Origin: Nitrospirota bacterium
Lineage (GTDB): Bacteria; Nitrospirota; UBA9217
Assembly (NCBI GenBank): GCA_963845065.1
Contig: CAWJQQ010000009.1
Coordinates: 640,001 to 704,000, forward strand
Direction of reading: 5' to 3'
DNA: 64,000 nucleotides
Positions 42,548-53,807 of this stretch are shown here, one piece after another (position 1 is the first letter of the stretch; each line of letters opens with the position of its first letter). Below the pieces are notes generated by a model. That model was not told the DNA's origin, did no database searches, and worked only from the letters and a program-made list of their open reading frames with translations. The translations under genes were made by a program, and so were the position numbers.

Positions 42548-42883
42548 CTTCCTTTATTCATAGTATTCCAAACAACTATATTCCTGATGCTAAATCATGT
42601 CAATAATTCAGATCAGGAATTTTATTGGTTGATGTAATCTTGTTACGTTGTAAATTCATAAGTTACCATGCATGGAAACATTAACAGATACAGGAATTAT
42701 TGTATACTGAATGATTCAACCGATGTTGTCCCAATGCCATCAGTAATCCGTGTCAGTCTCGATACCGTTGTTAACCGAATTAATCCGTCTTTCAAATTAT
42801 TTTTCGGAGGCAGGCAACATCGAGCGTTGTAGGTTTCGACTGCTCTATGCTATTTAAGCACCGATAGGGATTTGTTTCGTCGT

Positions 42884-43415
42884 TCATCTCTTCCTGTTGT
42901 CAGTGTGTGGGATGATAGGCAGGACAGTTTTAAGATCTCCCAGCCTGTTGACCGCCTTGGTTAAAGGCATGGCTTTTACTGTTTTATGGCTAGTTGAGCC
43001 TGGCCACGGCGACAGCAGATTGCCTGAAACATTGTCTCCGTGGCAGTAGTAGCAGTTGGGAAGGTCAACGGAGTCGGTGCCGAAGAACTCAACGGGATCT
43101 CCATATGCCATGACCGGTTTGCCGCCTTTATCGTGCAGCCGGACTACCAAGTATTGATAGTCTGGCAGGTTAAGTGCGAAATCGAGCGCATGGTCCCTTT
43201 TCATGGGCTGTCGTTAAAAGCTGTCAGGGGAAGAAACCGAGCGTATCCCAGAGGTAGGACGCAGTGAGCGTGAGCTGGATGTTCTTTACCTTTGTGATTA
43301 GAGAATCGGTAAAGATCTTGTTCACACCAATGCTAACTGCGTAAGCGAGTGAGGCGTCGGAGAGGTTTTTCCCTGTCGGGCCTGCATCGAACATAACTTG
43401 AACCTGTTTTTCCAC
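42884..43415 (-). pseudogene. Fragmented ORF with a c-type heme motif
   Basis: CYYCHG in 42884-43204; adjacent fragment 43224-43415. Confidence 0.4.
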
Positions 43416-43612
43416 GAATAACCGTTTTGCGTCAGACTAGTCCGGAGGGATCCACGAATATTGTGTTCAATATAAGAAAATGCAAACGACAGCAATGAAG
43501 TATTTTGCGGGCAATACCGTTGAATCCGGGATGACGTCTGAAATTGCCATCACAATACCACAAGTGTAAACTACAGTAAGAAGAATGCGCCTGGAAAGTC
43601 TATGCTAAAAAG

Positions 43613-43960
43613 TTATATAAAACAATTGTCGATCACAAATTTTGGAAACCGCTCGTCGTCAATCCTGATAAAAAAAGAGTTTACACTTCGCTTTATGCGG
43701 TTGATGTAGTAATTTCCGTCCTCTCTTACGACTCGGCCTGAGAACGGATATTTTTCTCCCTGCTTATCAATTAAGAGCTCCACCTGCTCTCCAAGGGGAA
43801 ACAGAATCAGTGGGCTTCCAACCTTTACTCCTCCACGGGATATGTCAATCGTGTAGGCCACATTTAATCCACTCATTGTCCTGACTCCCACCACGAACTG
43901 CTGTTTTATTCTTCGTCTGATTCTCTTGTCGTTTTCGTATGAACTCATGAACATCCTCAT
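43613..43960 (-). CDS. Single PilZ-domain protein
   Basis: DKRIRRR and DISRGG motifs. Confidence 0.85.
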   Translation of the reverse strand: MRMFMSSYENDKRIRRRIKQQFVVGVRTMSGLNVAYTIDISRGGVKVGSPLILFPLGEQVELLIDKQGEKYPFSGRVVREDGNYYINRIKRSVNSFFIRIDDERFPKFVIDNCFI

Positions 43961-44077
43961 TCAGAATTGAAGTAATCTATGCCGCTAACTGTTGTATGCT
44001 AACTATTTAAACTTCACGCCTACCTTTTAAGATAAAGGAAGAAGGAGAAAGAATAAAATGATAATCGATATTGACTG

Positions 44078-44308
44078 TTATTTGCTCGATACGCCCTGAT
44101 AAAGCAAGATAATGCTTCCAAACAGTGCCGAGATACGAAATACAGCTATAAATATTCTTACAATGAAGATTTGGTCTTGATTTATATCCTCTTGATGGCG
44201 TTGTTTATAGAGGTCGGCAATGTATCGTAAAATACTATTTCCATACTTAAAAAGACAGACACTGACAATTAATGAAACAATGCCTGACGTGATTCTATCT
44301 ATATCCAT
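44078..44308 (-). CDS. Small two-TM membrane protein
   Basis: Two hydrophobic segments. Confidence 0.45.
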   Translation of the reverse strand: MDIDRITSGIVSLIVSVCLFKYGNSILRYIADLYKQRHQEDINQDQIFIVRIFIAVFRISALFGSIILLYQGVSSK

Positions 44309-44620
44309 ACCGGCTTTATTCTTATATTTATGAATGACATCGGTCGATTAGTCTGAAATATGCCGTTTCGTTTACCAATCATAAGGGAGCTTGAGGGAGT
44401 GGTCTTGAACATTCGAACCTTCCAAGCTATGGTAGGTTTTCCAAAGAAATGAAAACTTCTAAGTAGTGTATTCCCATGAATTTCGCTGACCGATGCACTG
44501 CTGCTATCAAGGATATTTTTCTGATGCATAGAGGATACTATACTTGGGCGAAAGGGGCAAGAAAAATAAATGCCTGACTTGCCATTTATTTTTCTCTCCC
44601 CGAAATATTCATCATGCCCT

Positions 44621-44760
44621 CGCCGAGGAAACCCCTGTCTTTAGACACGGGGAGGAATCGGCGCCTCCTTTCCCGCTAAATTTGCACAAATACCGCGGTT
44701 GTGCTCTATTTGTGCATCTGAAATTAGTCACACAAATCAAGCTTCTTCTACGCAAGAGCA
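44621..44760 (+). mobile_element. IS605-type left-end hairpin with a tnpB N-terminal remnant
   Basis: CGCCGA-GGAAACCCCTGTCTTTAGACACGGGGAGGAA-TCGGCG followed by LKLVTQIKLL. Confidence 0.6.
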
Positions 44761-45252
44761 ATGAGACGCACTCCGTTCCACACTTCACGCTGCCGATCTC
44801 GCCTGTAACTACGTAAGGGAACAAGCCTTGTCCGCGAAGAGCTTCCAGTAATATGACCTGCACCATCTCTGCCATAAGGGAATGCGTACCCGGTTTGTCC
44901 TGTCCGTTTAAGCAGCCGTACGGGTGATTTTCAAAGTCGCCGATTCGTACAAGCTGGATATGAAAACGAAACGGAACTTTATAGTACTAGGAAGGTTTAC
45001 TCACTATATGATGCAATTAACCGACAAGCGACCTAGGCGACCTCAAGCAGTGCATTGATTATCATTTGTCATTCTGGATAGAAATCTGGTATACTCCTGA
45101 TGTTTACTTAGTCAGGAGGGTGCATTATCTATTGCGACTGTTATTGCTTAATCTTTGGCAAAAAGGGCAATACATTTTACCAAACTATCCGCAGAAAGCC
45201 CCTGGTTTTAACCATGGGGATGAAAGCGGGAACTTTGTTTTTCAGCAATTGC

Positions 45253-45281
45253 TGGACAAATGTATATCTATATGGTATAGT
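45253..45281 (+). promoter_or_regulatory. Sigma70-like promoter for tnpB
   Basis: TGGACA-N17-TATAGT, about 10 nt before ATG 45292. Confidence 0.5.
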
Positions 45282-45291
45282 TGAGCAATCA

Positions 45292-46842
45292 ATGCCAGAT
45301 AAACTTAAAACTCCAACATTTATCCACGAGTTTCAACTCGTAACAACCCCAAAAGACAATCGAATGCTTAATGTCCGACTCGAAGCTGGCCGTTATCTAT
45401 ATAATGCCTGTCTTGGTGAAGCGATGAAACGTCTTGCCGCCATGCGTAGCTCTAAAAAATGGCGTTCAGCGATCAAGAAAAAAAGCAAGCTTAGCACCAA
45501 GATGTTTAAGACAGCCAGAAACAAGGCTGAATATACCGAATACCACATTCACAACTACGTCGGTATCCTACGTAACTCCTGCTGGATCGGTGACCACATT
45601 GACAGCCTGGCCGCCCAGAAGATAGCGACCAGGTCGTTTAATGCCGTTGCTGACTACGAGTTCGGGAAGCATGGGAAACCACGGTTCAAGCGTCGTGGCT
45701 GGATGTCTTCGCTCGAAGGCAAAAACAACAAGTCTGGTATTCGGTGGTGCGATGACCATGTTGAATGGTCTGGACTTAGCCTTACCTGTGTCTTCGACAA
45801 AAAAGACAAGTTTGGCGTTCAGGCACATGCGCTTAGCCATGATGTTAAATATGTTCGTTTGGTGAAGAAAACCATCTGCGGTAACGCCTGCTGGTTCGCC
45901 CAACTCGTGCTTAAAGGCACGGCCAGGATCAAGCGTGAAAATATGATCGGCACCGAAACGGTCGGCCTTGATATTGGTCCATCCACGGGTGCTATCGTTA
46001 GCGATACCGATGCGTTGCTCGTAGCATTTTGTCCGGAAGTCGAGATTCCGTACAAACAAATCCGCGTGGTTCAGCGTAAGATGGCCAGAAGCCTGAGGGC
46101 TGCCAACCCGGACAACTACAACGAAGACGGCACGACCAAGACCGGTGCCGGCAAGGGTAAAAAACGGTGGATATTCTCTGCTAAATACCGTGCGCTTAAG
46201 GCTGAACTAGCCGAGCTACAGCGAGTTTTGGCTGAAACCAGAAAACGGGCTCATGGCACGTTAACCAATGAAATTCTTAAGCTCGGAACCAACATAAAGA
46301 CCGAGAAACTGTCGTACAGAGCATTCCAGAAACTCTATGGTAAAAGTATTTCAAGACGCGCTCCGGGGATGTTTATTTCGATGCTTCGCCGCAAAGCCGA
46401 AAACGCTGGCGGTAAAGTAACTGAATTTTCTACCCGGAGCACGAAGCTTTCAGAGACATGCCACTGCGGGGAAGTAGCCAAAAAACCGCTATCCCAAAGA
46501 TGGCATGACTGTAACTGAGGGGTAAACACTCAACGCGATCTCTACTCCGCATATCTTGCAAAATATGTTTTTGAAAATGTCCTCGACACGCGTCAAGCCG
46601 CAGCAGCTTGGCCGGGTGCAAACCTGCTCCTGGAACGGGCGGTGTTGAGGGTGCAGTTTGAAGCGGCAAATGGCCGGATTCATCCGGCCAGCTTCGGTAT
46701 TAACAACATGAGAGCCAACACCACGAACCGGAGACAGAGTTGCTTGCCCGTTAAAAACGGATCAACGATAGTCGATGCCGGCAACCTCTGTATTGTTGCC
46801 GGAAAGCCTGTCGGTATTGCCGTTAGAACCCCCTGTCTTTAG
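45292..46842 (+). pseudogene. tnpB: TnpB RNA-guided endonuclease with an internal TGA (46516-46518)
   Basis: YLYNACL, GKPRFK, RuvC-I VGLDIG, RuvC-II KTEKL, CHCG..WHDCN*GVNTQRDLYSA; frame stays open to 46842. Confidence 0.9.
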
Positions 46843-47013
46843 ACATGGGGTAGGTCAGATGCTGAGTAGTAACCATTGCTGAAATATACAATGTCAATCG
46901 GCAGAAAATGGATGGCCCGTGCAACAGGAAACAAAACAGACATATAGGATCTCAACAAATTTTGCTGATCATTGCAGCCTCTAGACATCGAATAAGACCA
47001 CGAGGAGTTTAAT

Positions 47014-48003
47014 ATGTCAAAAAAACCGTTTTCCAAGAAGGTGTTGGATATCGATCTTGAGATGGTAAGCCATCAAATAGCAGACACCCTAAAACAGCAG
47101 GTATTTGCCCAGCTCAAACGGAAAGGGGTTGTTCTGGGCATTTCAGGCGGTATCGATAGCAGTGTGTCCGCGGCTCTTTGCGCAAAGGCGTTGGGCTCAG
47201 ATCGCGTCACCGCGTTGCTGATGCCTGAGCTAGATTCTTCCGATGACAGCGTGAGACTAGGCGGTCTTCTGGCAAGCAGCCTCGGCATTGAGACCATCCT
47301 GGAAGATATAGGTCCTCTTCTTAAAGCAGCGGGATGTTATCAGCGTCGGGATGAAGCAATACGCGACCTAGTTCCCGAATACACCGATAAATATAAATCA
47401 AAGATTGTGCTTGCTAACATCCTGGAGAATCAAGGGTTCAATTTTTTCCGTCTCGTGGTTGAGTCAGACAAGGGAGTGCAGAAGACCGTAAGATTGACTG
47501 CAAAATCCTACTTGGGAATTGTCGCAGCGACTAATATGAAGCAGCGCGCCAGAAAATTTTACGAATATTATCATGCTGACCGGCTTCATTACGCCGTGGC
47601 CGGCACTCCGAACAGGTTGGAATATGATCAGGGTTTTTTTGTGAAGAACGGTGATGGAGCCGCCGATCTGAAACCAATTGCACACCTTTACAAAAGTCAG
47701 GTCTACCAGCTCGCGGCATATCTGGCCATTCCTGAGGAGATTCAACGACGTCCTCCAACGACGGATACCTATTCACTGCAGCAATCTCAGGAGGAGTTTT
47801 ATTTTTCTATCCCTTACGACAAGATGGACCTTTGTCTCTATGGAAAGAATCATAATGTGTCAACCGTTGAGGTGGCCGATGTCATAGGATTAACCACTGA
47901 ACAAGTGGAACGTATTTATCGGGATATTGACATCAAGCGAAATACAACACGTTATCAACATTTGAAGCCTTTACTGATTGAAAATGTTGACGAGATTTTA
48001 TAA
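47014..48003 (+). CDS. nadE: NH3-dependent NAD+ synthetase
   Basis: LGISGGIDS, N.KQRAR, GTPNRLE, DLKPIAHLYKSQVYQLA, PPTTD. Confidence 0.9.
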   Translation: MSKKPFSKKVLDIDLEMVSHQIADTLKQQVFAQLKRKGVVLGISGGIDSSVSAALCAKALGSDRVTALLMPELDSSDDSVRLGGLLASSLGIETILEDIGPLLKAAGCYQRRDEAIRDLVPEYTDKYKSKIVLANILENQGFNFFRLVVESDKGVQKTVRLTAKSYLGIVAATNMKQRARKFYEYYHADRLHYAVAGTPNRLEYDQGFFVKNGDGAADLKPIAHLYKSQVYQLAAYLAIPEEIQRRPPTTDTYSLQQSQEEFYFSIPYDKMDLCLYGKNHNVSTVEVADVIGLTTEQVERIYRDIDIKRNTTRYQHLKPLLIENVDEIL

Positions 48004-48068
48004 AACCTTATAGTGGAGAGGGCAATCCTCCTGAAAGTTTTCCATGCTCCCCTGCCATTTGAACTTGG

Positions 48069-48263
48069 CTATTTCAAAGTGCAGGTTGCCTCCACTACCG
48101 CGTGGGTCTCTTCCTTGTTCACGTCTATTGTCTGATAGTAAATATAGTCGTTAACCATATCGCAAAGCTCTTTGTGGGGAACATCCGGTTTCAATTCAAG
48201 GACTTCCGCTTGAAATAACTTTGCAGCGTCGGCAGCCATTTCTTTCTTTTCTATCCTGCTCAT
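48069..48263 (-). CDS. Small hypothetical protein
   Basis: 64 aa with AAGGAGG RBS. Confidence 0.5.
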   Translation of the reverse strand: MSRIEKKEMAADAAKLFQAEVLELKPDVPHKELCDMVNDYIYYQTIDVNKEETHAVVEATCTLK

Positions 48264-48450
48264 TATGCCTCCTTTCAGGCACGGAAACCAACAGCGACAC
48301 GCACTCGTTTGCGAGCCCTTTAATATCTATGAAGGAAAGAAGTCTATTCTTGTCTTTATTATATCATACGCTAACTTTCCTTTTTTAACATCTTAAGATC
48401 AGGTCTTTTATTATTATGATATTACTTATTTTTTCTGACAAAGTATGCAC

Positions 48451-48590
48451 ATAACCCACCCTCCGCATAGAATACGGTGGCGCCGTCTATCGCATAATTC
48501 CACGCGGCAATGGGGAAAAGGTCATATTCAAAGACGCCAAGCGCAACATCAATTTTTTGATCATGTTCCAGCATATTAAAGGACAGGTCC
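48451..48590 (+). pseudogene. RAYT-like (Y1 HUH transposase) N-terminal remnant
   Basis: Manual translation LRIEYGGAVYRIIPRGNGEKVIFKD matches the RPLRIEY.GA.YH...RGN....IF.D pattern. Confidence 0.6.
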
Positions 48591-49021
48591 TTTGTTCCAG
48601 GAAAGATATAGGTTGAAGAGAAGGTAATTGCGCATGATGACACGTGCATCATTACAGACCTGACAAATTCTAACCCTACTCTGAATGTTGTAGATTATAT
48701 CTGATGTCATCAACCTGGTAACTGTATTGTTACTGTCCTTTTAACGTCCTGCAAAAGAAAAACTAATTTATGGGTGATATAAAATTCTCGAATTGGTTGG
48801 CATGGAGAGGGGTACCGAGCCTCCGCTATGGTCACTACTCATAAAGCCATATGGAGACTGTGCGCGCAATTCTACTTTAATTTATCCTTTAAGATTGTTT
48901 AACAATGATGTAAAATTGGTATAGTGTTAAAAAAATCTATGAAATGCTAGTGCTATATAATTGGTGTGGTGTGGGCAGCGGACTAATTCCCCTTAGCATT
49001 GGGCAATCAGGGAAGTAATGA

Positions 49022-49444
49022 ATGTGCGAGGGTTGTCATGGGATTGCACCCTGCATTTCTTCATTTGATGTTCGGGGGAATAACATAAGAAGGCTAATAT
49101 ATGTGTTTGTCATGGTGCTGTACTTGGCTATTCTGACTGCTGGTTGCACCAAGACATTGATGGAGGAGGTGGAAGATGCCCACAGAAAGCTATCTTCATT
49201 GGACTCAACAAATTGCGAGCAGGTCGCGTCCGTCATTGAGAAAATGCCTGCGCTTATAGCTCAGGGAGTAACAGAAGATCAGTTGACGGTTTTGATGGAA
49301 CCGATGAAACAATATTGCCCTGAATCCCCAACTATTGCCCACAACTTTATCAGCAGAGTTCAAAAGAAAAGGTATACTGAATCCGAAATTCACTTTGTTG
49401 CCTATATCGAATGTGCGAAGGTTCTTAGTGCCAAAAGTAAATAG
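49022..49444 (+). CDS. Hypothetical lipoprotein
   Basis: Hydrophobic stretch followed by LTAGC lipobox; start uncertain. Confidence 0.55.
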   Translation: MCEGCHGIAPCISSFDVRGNNIRRLIYVFVMVLYLAILTAGCTKTLMEEVEDAHRKLSSLDSTNCEQVASVIEKMPALIAQGVTEDQLTVLMEPMKQYCPESPTIAHNFISRVQKKRYTESEIHFVAYIECAKVLSAKSK

Positions 49445-49844
49445 AAATGTTGACCGCTGCGAAAACGGTAGATGTTTTTTATTTACAGATTTCTAACGCA
49501 ATACTGACCAAAGCGGCCAACGCTCATGATGATTTTCTGATAAATTCGACAATTTTCACGATCTCGCTGTCATCGCTCAGAAGATCGTAATCGTTGAACG
49601 ATCCACGGTAACTAGGCTTCGATAGTAGGTACATATCCTGCCACTACCTTAAAGACCATAGGACGCAAGTCCTGCCAGATGCCATTAATCCTGTAACTGT
49701 CCTGTTCCGTTATTGCCTATTAAAGAAATACGCAATTGTTATTCTACAACCCTTGATTTGCTTGAACGACAAAGGGATTTTGATCCCCTGCGATGACATG
49801 ACTTAAGATCTTTGGGACAAAGAATCGCATTAGCTGCGTTGGCG

Positions 49845-50600
49845 TTATGATTTCCCCCCTTCCCCCAGCAAGCCCACCATTTCATCCTTTAGCGCCACTC
49901 CGGAAATGCCGCGTCGAATGGCTTCCTCAGTTAAGTAAAGCAGTTTTGCGGCGGCGGCCTCGTAGCTCAAACCTTCTGGTGGTCTTATATTGGAGATGCA
50001 GTTCCGCTTCTCGTCGGTGTTGCCCGGTTGAGGCGCATAGGTCAGGTAAATGCCGAGACTGTCGGCGGCGCTTAGGCCCGGACGCTCGCCGACGATGATC
50101 ACTGCTACTCGCGCGGCAACAATGCTGCCGATATCGTCCGATAAAGCAACGCGGCCGTTGGCAACCAGGGAAACTGGAGCGATACGAATTTGCCGCGTAC
50201 GATAATCGTTTACTATCGCCTTCAGCAACGGAATCCCATGCCGCTCGATGGCGGTCGCGGACAGGCCGTTAGTTACAATGAGCGCCACGTCCGCTTCACT
50301 TACATTGGCATTTCTCAACCGGTTTCTCGATTCTTCGGTGAGAACTCGGCCGAGGTCAGGTCGACGGAGATACTCATCGCGGCTTCCGATGGGCGTATCC
50401 AGGATCAGAACCTTTTCACCGAGACCTCGGAGCAGCTCGGCAAAAGCACCGATGTCCCAGGGAAAGTGTACCGCGTCCCGCGCCTCCGCATGGGCCAGTT
50501 GAAACTCCAGCAGAACATGTGTGGGAACAGAGTGACCGGCCCGTCCCAAGGCGATACGTGCCTGAGTAAACCGGCGTAAGGCAATCCATGAGTCGGTCAT
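49845..50600 (-). CDS. eutC: Ethanolamine ammonia-lyase small subunit
   Basis: TQARIALGRAG, AHAEARDAVH, YLRRPDLGR, GERPGLS, RNCISNI. Confidence 0.96.
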   Translation of the reverse strand: MTDSWIALRRFTQARIALGRAGHSVPTHVLLEFQLAHAEARDAVHFPWDIGAFAELLRGLGEKVLILDTPIGSRDEYLRRPDLGRVLTEESRNRLRNANVSEADVALIVTNGLSATAIERHGIPLLKAIVNDYRTRQIRIAPVSLVANGRVALSDDIGSIVAARVAVIIVGERPGLSAADSLGIYLTYAPQPGNTDEKRNCISNIRPPEGLSYEAAAAKLLYLTEEAIRRGISGVALKDEMVGLLGEGGKS

Positions 50601-52003
50601 GGCTCTCCTTTCGTCAGCTCGTTGATAGCGCCGAGAAGCCGTGGCGATTTGACGCCCCGACTTAAGGCGTTGCGCCCATCAAATATCCCCATGTGGTTCA
50701 GCCAATTCTCAAATTCGGGGGCGGGTCTGAGTCCCAGCATGCGGCGGAGATACAGCGCGTCATGGAACGAGGTGCTCTGGTAGGCCAGCATGACGTCGTC
50801 GGCACCGGGAACGCCCATTATATAGGTGCAGCCGGCCACGGCCAGCAAAGTCATCAAATTGTCCATGTCGTTTTGGTCTGCTTCAGCGTGGTTTGTGTAG
50901 CACACATCGCAGCCCATGGGCAGGCCCAGCAGTTTCCCACAGAAATGGTCTTCCAGCCCTGCCCGGATAATCTGCTTACCGTTGTACAGATATTCGGGCC
51001 CGATGAAACCGACTACAGTATTGACCAGAAGAGGCGAGAATGCGCGTGCGACGGCATATGCCCGCGCCTCGCAGGTTTGTGCATCGATTCCGTGATGAGC
51101 GTTGGCGGACAGCGCGCTGCCTTGACCGGTTTCGAAATACATTAGGTTGTCGCCCAAGGTACCACGCCCCATGGCAAGTGCCGTCGCGCGGGCTTCTGCA
51201 AGCAGTTTCAGGTTTATTCCAAAGCTTTTGTTGGCCACCTCGGTCCCGGCTATGGACTGAAACACCAAATCAACCGGAGCACCGAGATGCATCAGTTTAA
51301 GAGTGGTGGTGACATGGGCAAGTACGCAGGATTGGGTAGGGATTTCATGCCGTTTGATGATGTCGTTCAGAAGGTGAAGCAGGCGTTCAACATTCTTTGG
51401 GCTATCCGTCGCCGGGTTAATGCCGATAACCGCGTCGCCGCTGCCGTAAAGTAAACCGTCCAGTACGCTAGCGGCGATGCCGCGGGGATCGTCAGTAGGA
51501 TGATTGGGTTGCAGCCGTGTGGCGAGTCGGCCCGGTAGTCCAATAGTGTTGCGGAACCGGGTGGTCACGAAGCAGCGTCTGGCCACTGCTATTAAATCCT
51601 GGTTGCGCATGATCTTGGAAACCGCTGCTGTCATTTCTGGCGTAAGCCCTAAGCGAACGTCAGCAATTTCTTTATCCGAAGTGGCATCGGTAAGCAGCCA
51701 TTCGCGAAATTCACCCACGGTGAAAGAAGAGATTGGAGCAAACGCATTTCTGTCGTGGGATTCTTCAATGAGCCGGCTGACCTCATCTTCATCTGGCGGG
51801 ATCAATGGTTCTGCGAGAAACTTCGTCAACGGCAGGTCGGCTAGAAGCCATTGTGCGACAGCCCGCTCTTCTTCCGAGGTTGCAGCAATTCCAGCCAACT
51901 CATCTGCCGACCTCTGAGGCGACGCCTTAGCCAGCAAGGTTTTAAGGTCCTCGAAGCTGTAGTTTCGTCCTCTGAAGTTTTTGGCGTATTTCATACCGGT
52001 CAA
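50597..52003 (-). CDS. eutB: Ethanolamine ammonia-lyase large subunit
   Basis: RLQPNHPTDD, GDAVIGINPA, YFETGQGS, GLEDHFCGKLLG. Confidence 0.97.
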   Translation of the reverse strand: MTGMKYAKNFRGRNYSFEDLKTLLAKASPQRSADELAGIAATSEEERAVAQWLLADLPLTKFLAEPLIPPDEDEVSRLIEESHDRNAFAPISSFTVGEFREWLLTDATSDKEIADVRLGLTPEMTAAVSKIMRNQDLIAVARRCFVTTRFRNTIGLPGRLATRLQPNHPTDDPRGIAASVLDGLLYGSGDAVIGINPATDSPKNVERLLHLLNDIIKRHEIPTQSCVLAHVTTTLKLMHLGAPVDLVFQSIAGTEVANKSFGINLKLLAEARATALAMGRGTLGDNLMYFETGQGSALSANAHHGIDAQTCEARAYAVARAFSPLLVNTVVGFIGPEYLYNGKQIIRAGLEDHFCGKLLGLPMGCDVCYTNHAEADQNDMDNLMTLLAVAGCTYIMGVPGADDVMLAYQSTSFHDALYLRRMLGLRPAPEFENWLNHMGIFDGRNALSRGVKSPRLLGAINELTKGEP

Positions 52004-52254
52004 TCTCTAGGAGAGGAAAAATACCAAAATGGTGCAAATCAATTTTATGTTCTGGTGCTATTGGACGATGGACGCATCAACCACAATCATGATTTTCTGG
52101 CAAAAAGGTTATTATCGGAATAGCTGAGATGGAGGTTATCATAGACCCTATGCCTGGTCAATAAAAAATATTTTGATTTCTCCAATGAATTTTATAACAC
52201 TTTATTTGGATTAATATGCAAAAATGAATATTAGTCCCTGCGTGTCAGTCGTCG

Positions 52255-52290
52255 CGCGAGAAACACCACATGCTTTAGCGGTGGGATGAA
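52255..52290 (+). mobile_element. Degenerate IS605-type left-end hairpin
   Basis: GAAACACCACATGCTTTAGCGGTGGGATGAA. Confidence 0.45.
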
Positions 52291-52429
52291 AAAAACAAAT
52301 TTCTACTATGTTGATGTCATAATAACTGTGTTCCACAACAGAGAAATAGCTCCTAGCTTTGTTATTTGAATAAAAGAGCATGAGGTTCCGTTAAGAAGGT
52401 TGCCGGACAAAACTTTTGCCCGTTAAGAA

Positions 52430-52710
52430 CCTGCTTGTCCAAGAATTCAGCGGGATCGCTTAGTTGATTGAGAACAAAGTGCAACATTGTTTCATCTTCG
52501 CCAGTGTTAAGAATGGTCTGTGGAATTTTTCAGCGCTCCGCAAATCATCGGCTCGCCCAGATGGTCTTCCCCTGAAAATCAATCACAAGAATACCTTCAA
52601 CGGTAGCATTAAGGATTCCCTGCAGGTGAACGTCCTTATGCTTGAGTGTTTCTCACCTTTTTGCGCTCGGTGATGTCGTTTGCTGCATAAACGATCACAA
52701 CTGGGGAATT
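52430..52710 (-). pseudogene. Degraded PAS-domain sensor fragment
   Basis: Manual translation DITERKK ... LQGILNATVEGILVIDFQGK ... KIPQ...FVLNQLSDP.EFL with stops. Confidence 0.55.
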
Positions 52711-53132
52711 ATCCAATAAATTTGTTATCGTGGATACGGAGACGCTGACTCCTATCGATGCCCATTCCTGCTGCGCCATGTCATTTCTTGGAAAGAGGAT
52801 TTCCTGTCCAAGGAAGTATTGGTGAATGCTGCCAGAGCAGGAATACAGGAATAATTGAACCTATATGACTGCCGAGGTTTACAACAATGAAGAAGCTTAT
52901 GGGGCGACGTCCGAATAGATAGATGGGGAGGACAAAAGTTGATAGAAAATCCCGCGCTCAGGTAACTGCGGCGAAAGCTATAAGCAGTCCTATCATTCTT
53001 TTTTTTTGTTGCTCAGTCGGAACGCGTCACTGGAACCTTGCTGCATTTTTCGTTTAGCTTCGTTATCTTACACAGCATATGATAAATGGTGGTGCTAGAA
53101 TTAATTTAGAGGAATGATGAAAATAATGAATC

Positions 53133-53807
53133 ATGGAGTATATCAAGGAAAAAAGACTCTACATTTTTGCTTTCGCTCTGGCGCTCATTACCGTTTTCTA
53201 CAATATCGTCGAAAGAGTAGTCTCAGTTTTTTATGGACTTGAGGGCGGGAGCATGACACTCTTCGGGTTTGGAGTGGACTCCTTCGTAGATGTGGTTTCG
53301 GGCATTGGGATCTGGCACATGGTGCGGCGAATCAGAAGTAAGGGAGATGAACATTTCGATTATTTCCAACAAACGGCTCTCAAGATTACCGGAACCGGTT
53401 TTTACGTCTTGGCCATGGGACTCTCGATTATCGCTGCTGTAGTTCTTTACAGTGGACATAAGCCGGATACCACCTTCTGGGGTGTTGTGGTTTCCATCGT
53501 ATCCATTGCCACAATGTGGCTATTAATCCGTTACAAGGTAAAAGTTGGAAAACTGCTCAACTCCAAGGCAATTCTTTCCGATGCTGCCTGTACACGCGCC
53601 TGCTTGCAGCTTTCAATTGTTCTGCTCATTGCAAGCGTCGGTTATGAAGTCACCCATATAGGTGGGATTGACTCCGTTGGTACGTTCTTGGTAGCGGGGC
53701 TCTGCTCCCGGGAGGGAAGGGAAGCGTTGGAAAAGGCTAAGGCAAAAACCGTGGTTATACGTGTGAATGAAGGTGCCATTCACAAGAATATCCCACCCTC
53801 CGCGTGA
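53133..53807 (+). CDS. Cation-efflux (CDF)-like membrane protein, TM domain only
   Basis: LFGFGVDSFVDVVSG, LNSKAILSDA; ~6 TM segments. Confidence 0.8.
   Translation: MEYIKEKRLYIFAFALALITVFYNIVERVVSVFYGLEGGSMTLFGFGVDSFVDVVSGIGIWHMVRRIRSKGDEHFDYFQQTALKITGTGFYVLAMGLSIIAAVVLYSGHKPDTTFWGVVVSIVSIATMWLLIRYKVKVGKLLNSKAILSDAACTRACLQLSIVLLIASVGYEVTHIGGIDSVGTFLVAGLCSREGREALEKAKAKTVVIRVNEGAIHKNIPPSA

Larger units (their letters stand above)
45181..46858 (+). mobile_element. IS200/IS605-family tnpB-only (IS1341-like) element
   Basis: Left end follows TTTAC with hairpin CCCCTGGTTTTAACCATGGGG; right-end hairpin CCCCTGTCTTTAGACATGGGG then GGTCAG; no tnpA inside. Confidence 0.88.

Noticed and set aside
48422..48652. 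76-aa minus-strand ORF
   Set aside because: Antisense to the RAYT-like remnant
52010..52460. Cobalamin riboswitch upstream of eutB
   Set aside because: No B12-box motif recognised; region contains IS-end and PAS remnants
52950..53000. c-di-GMP-I riboswitch (GGCGAAAGCT stem)
   Set aside because: Lacks the GGCAAAC...GGACGCAAA framework
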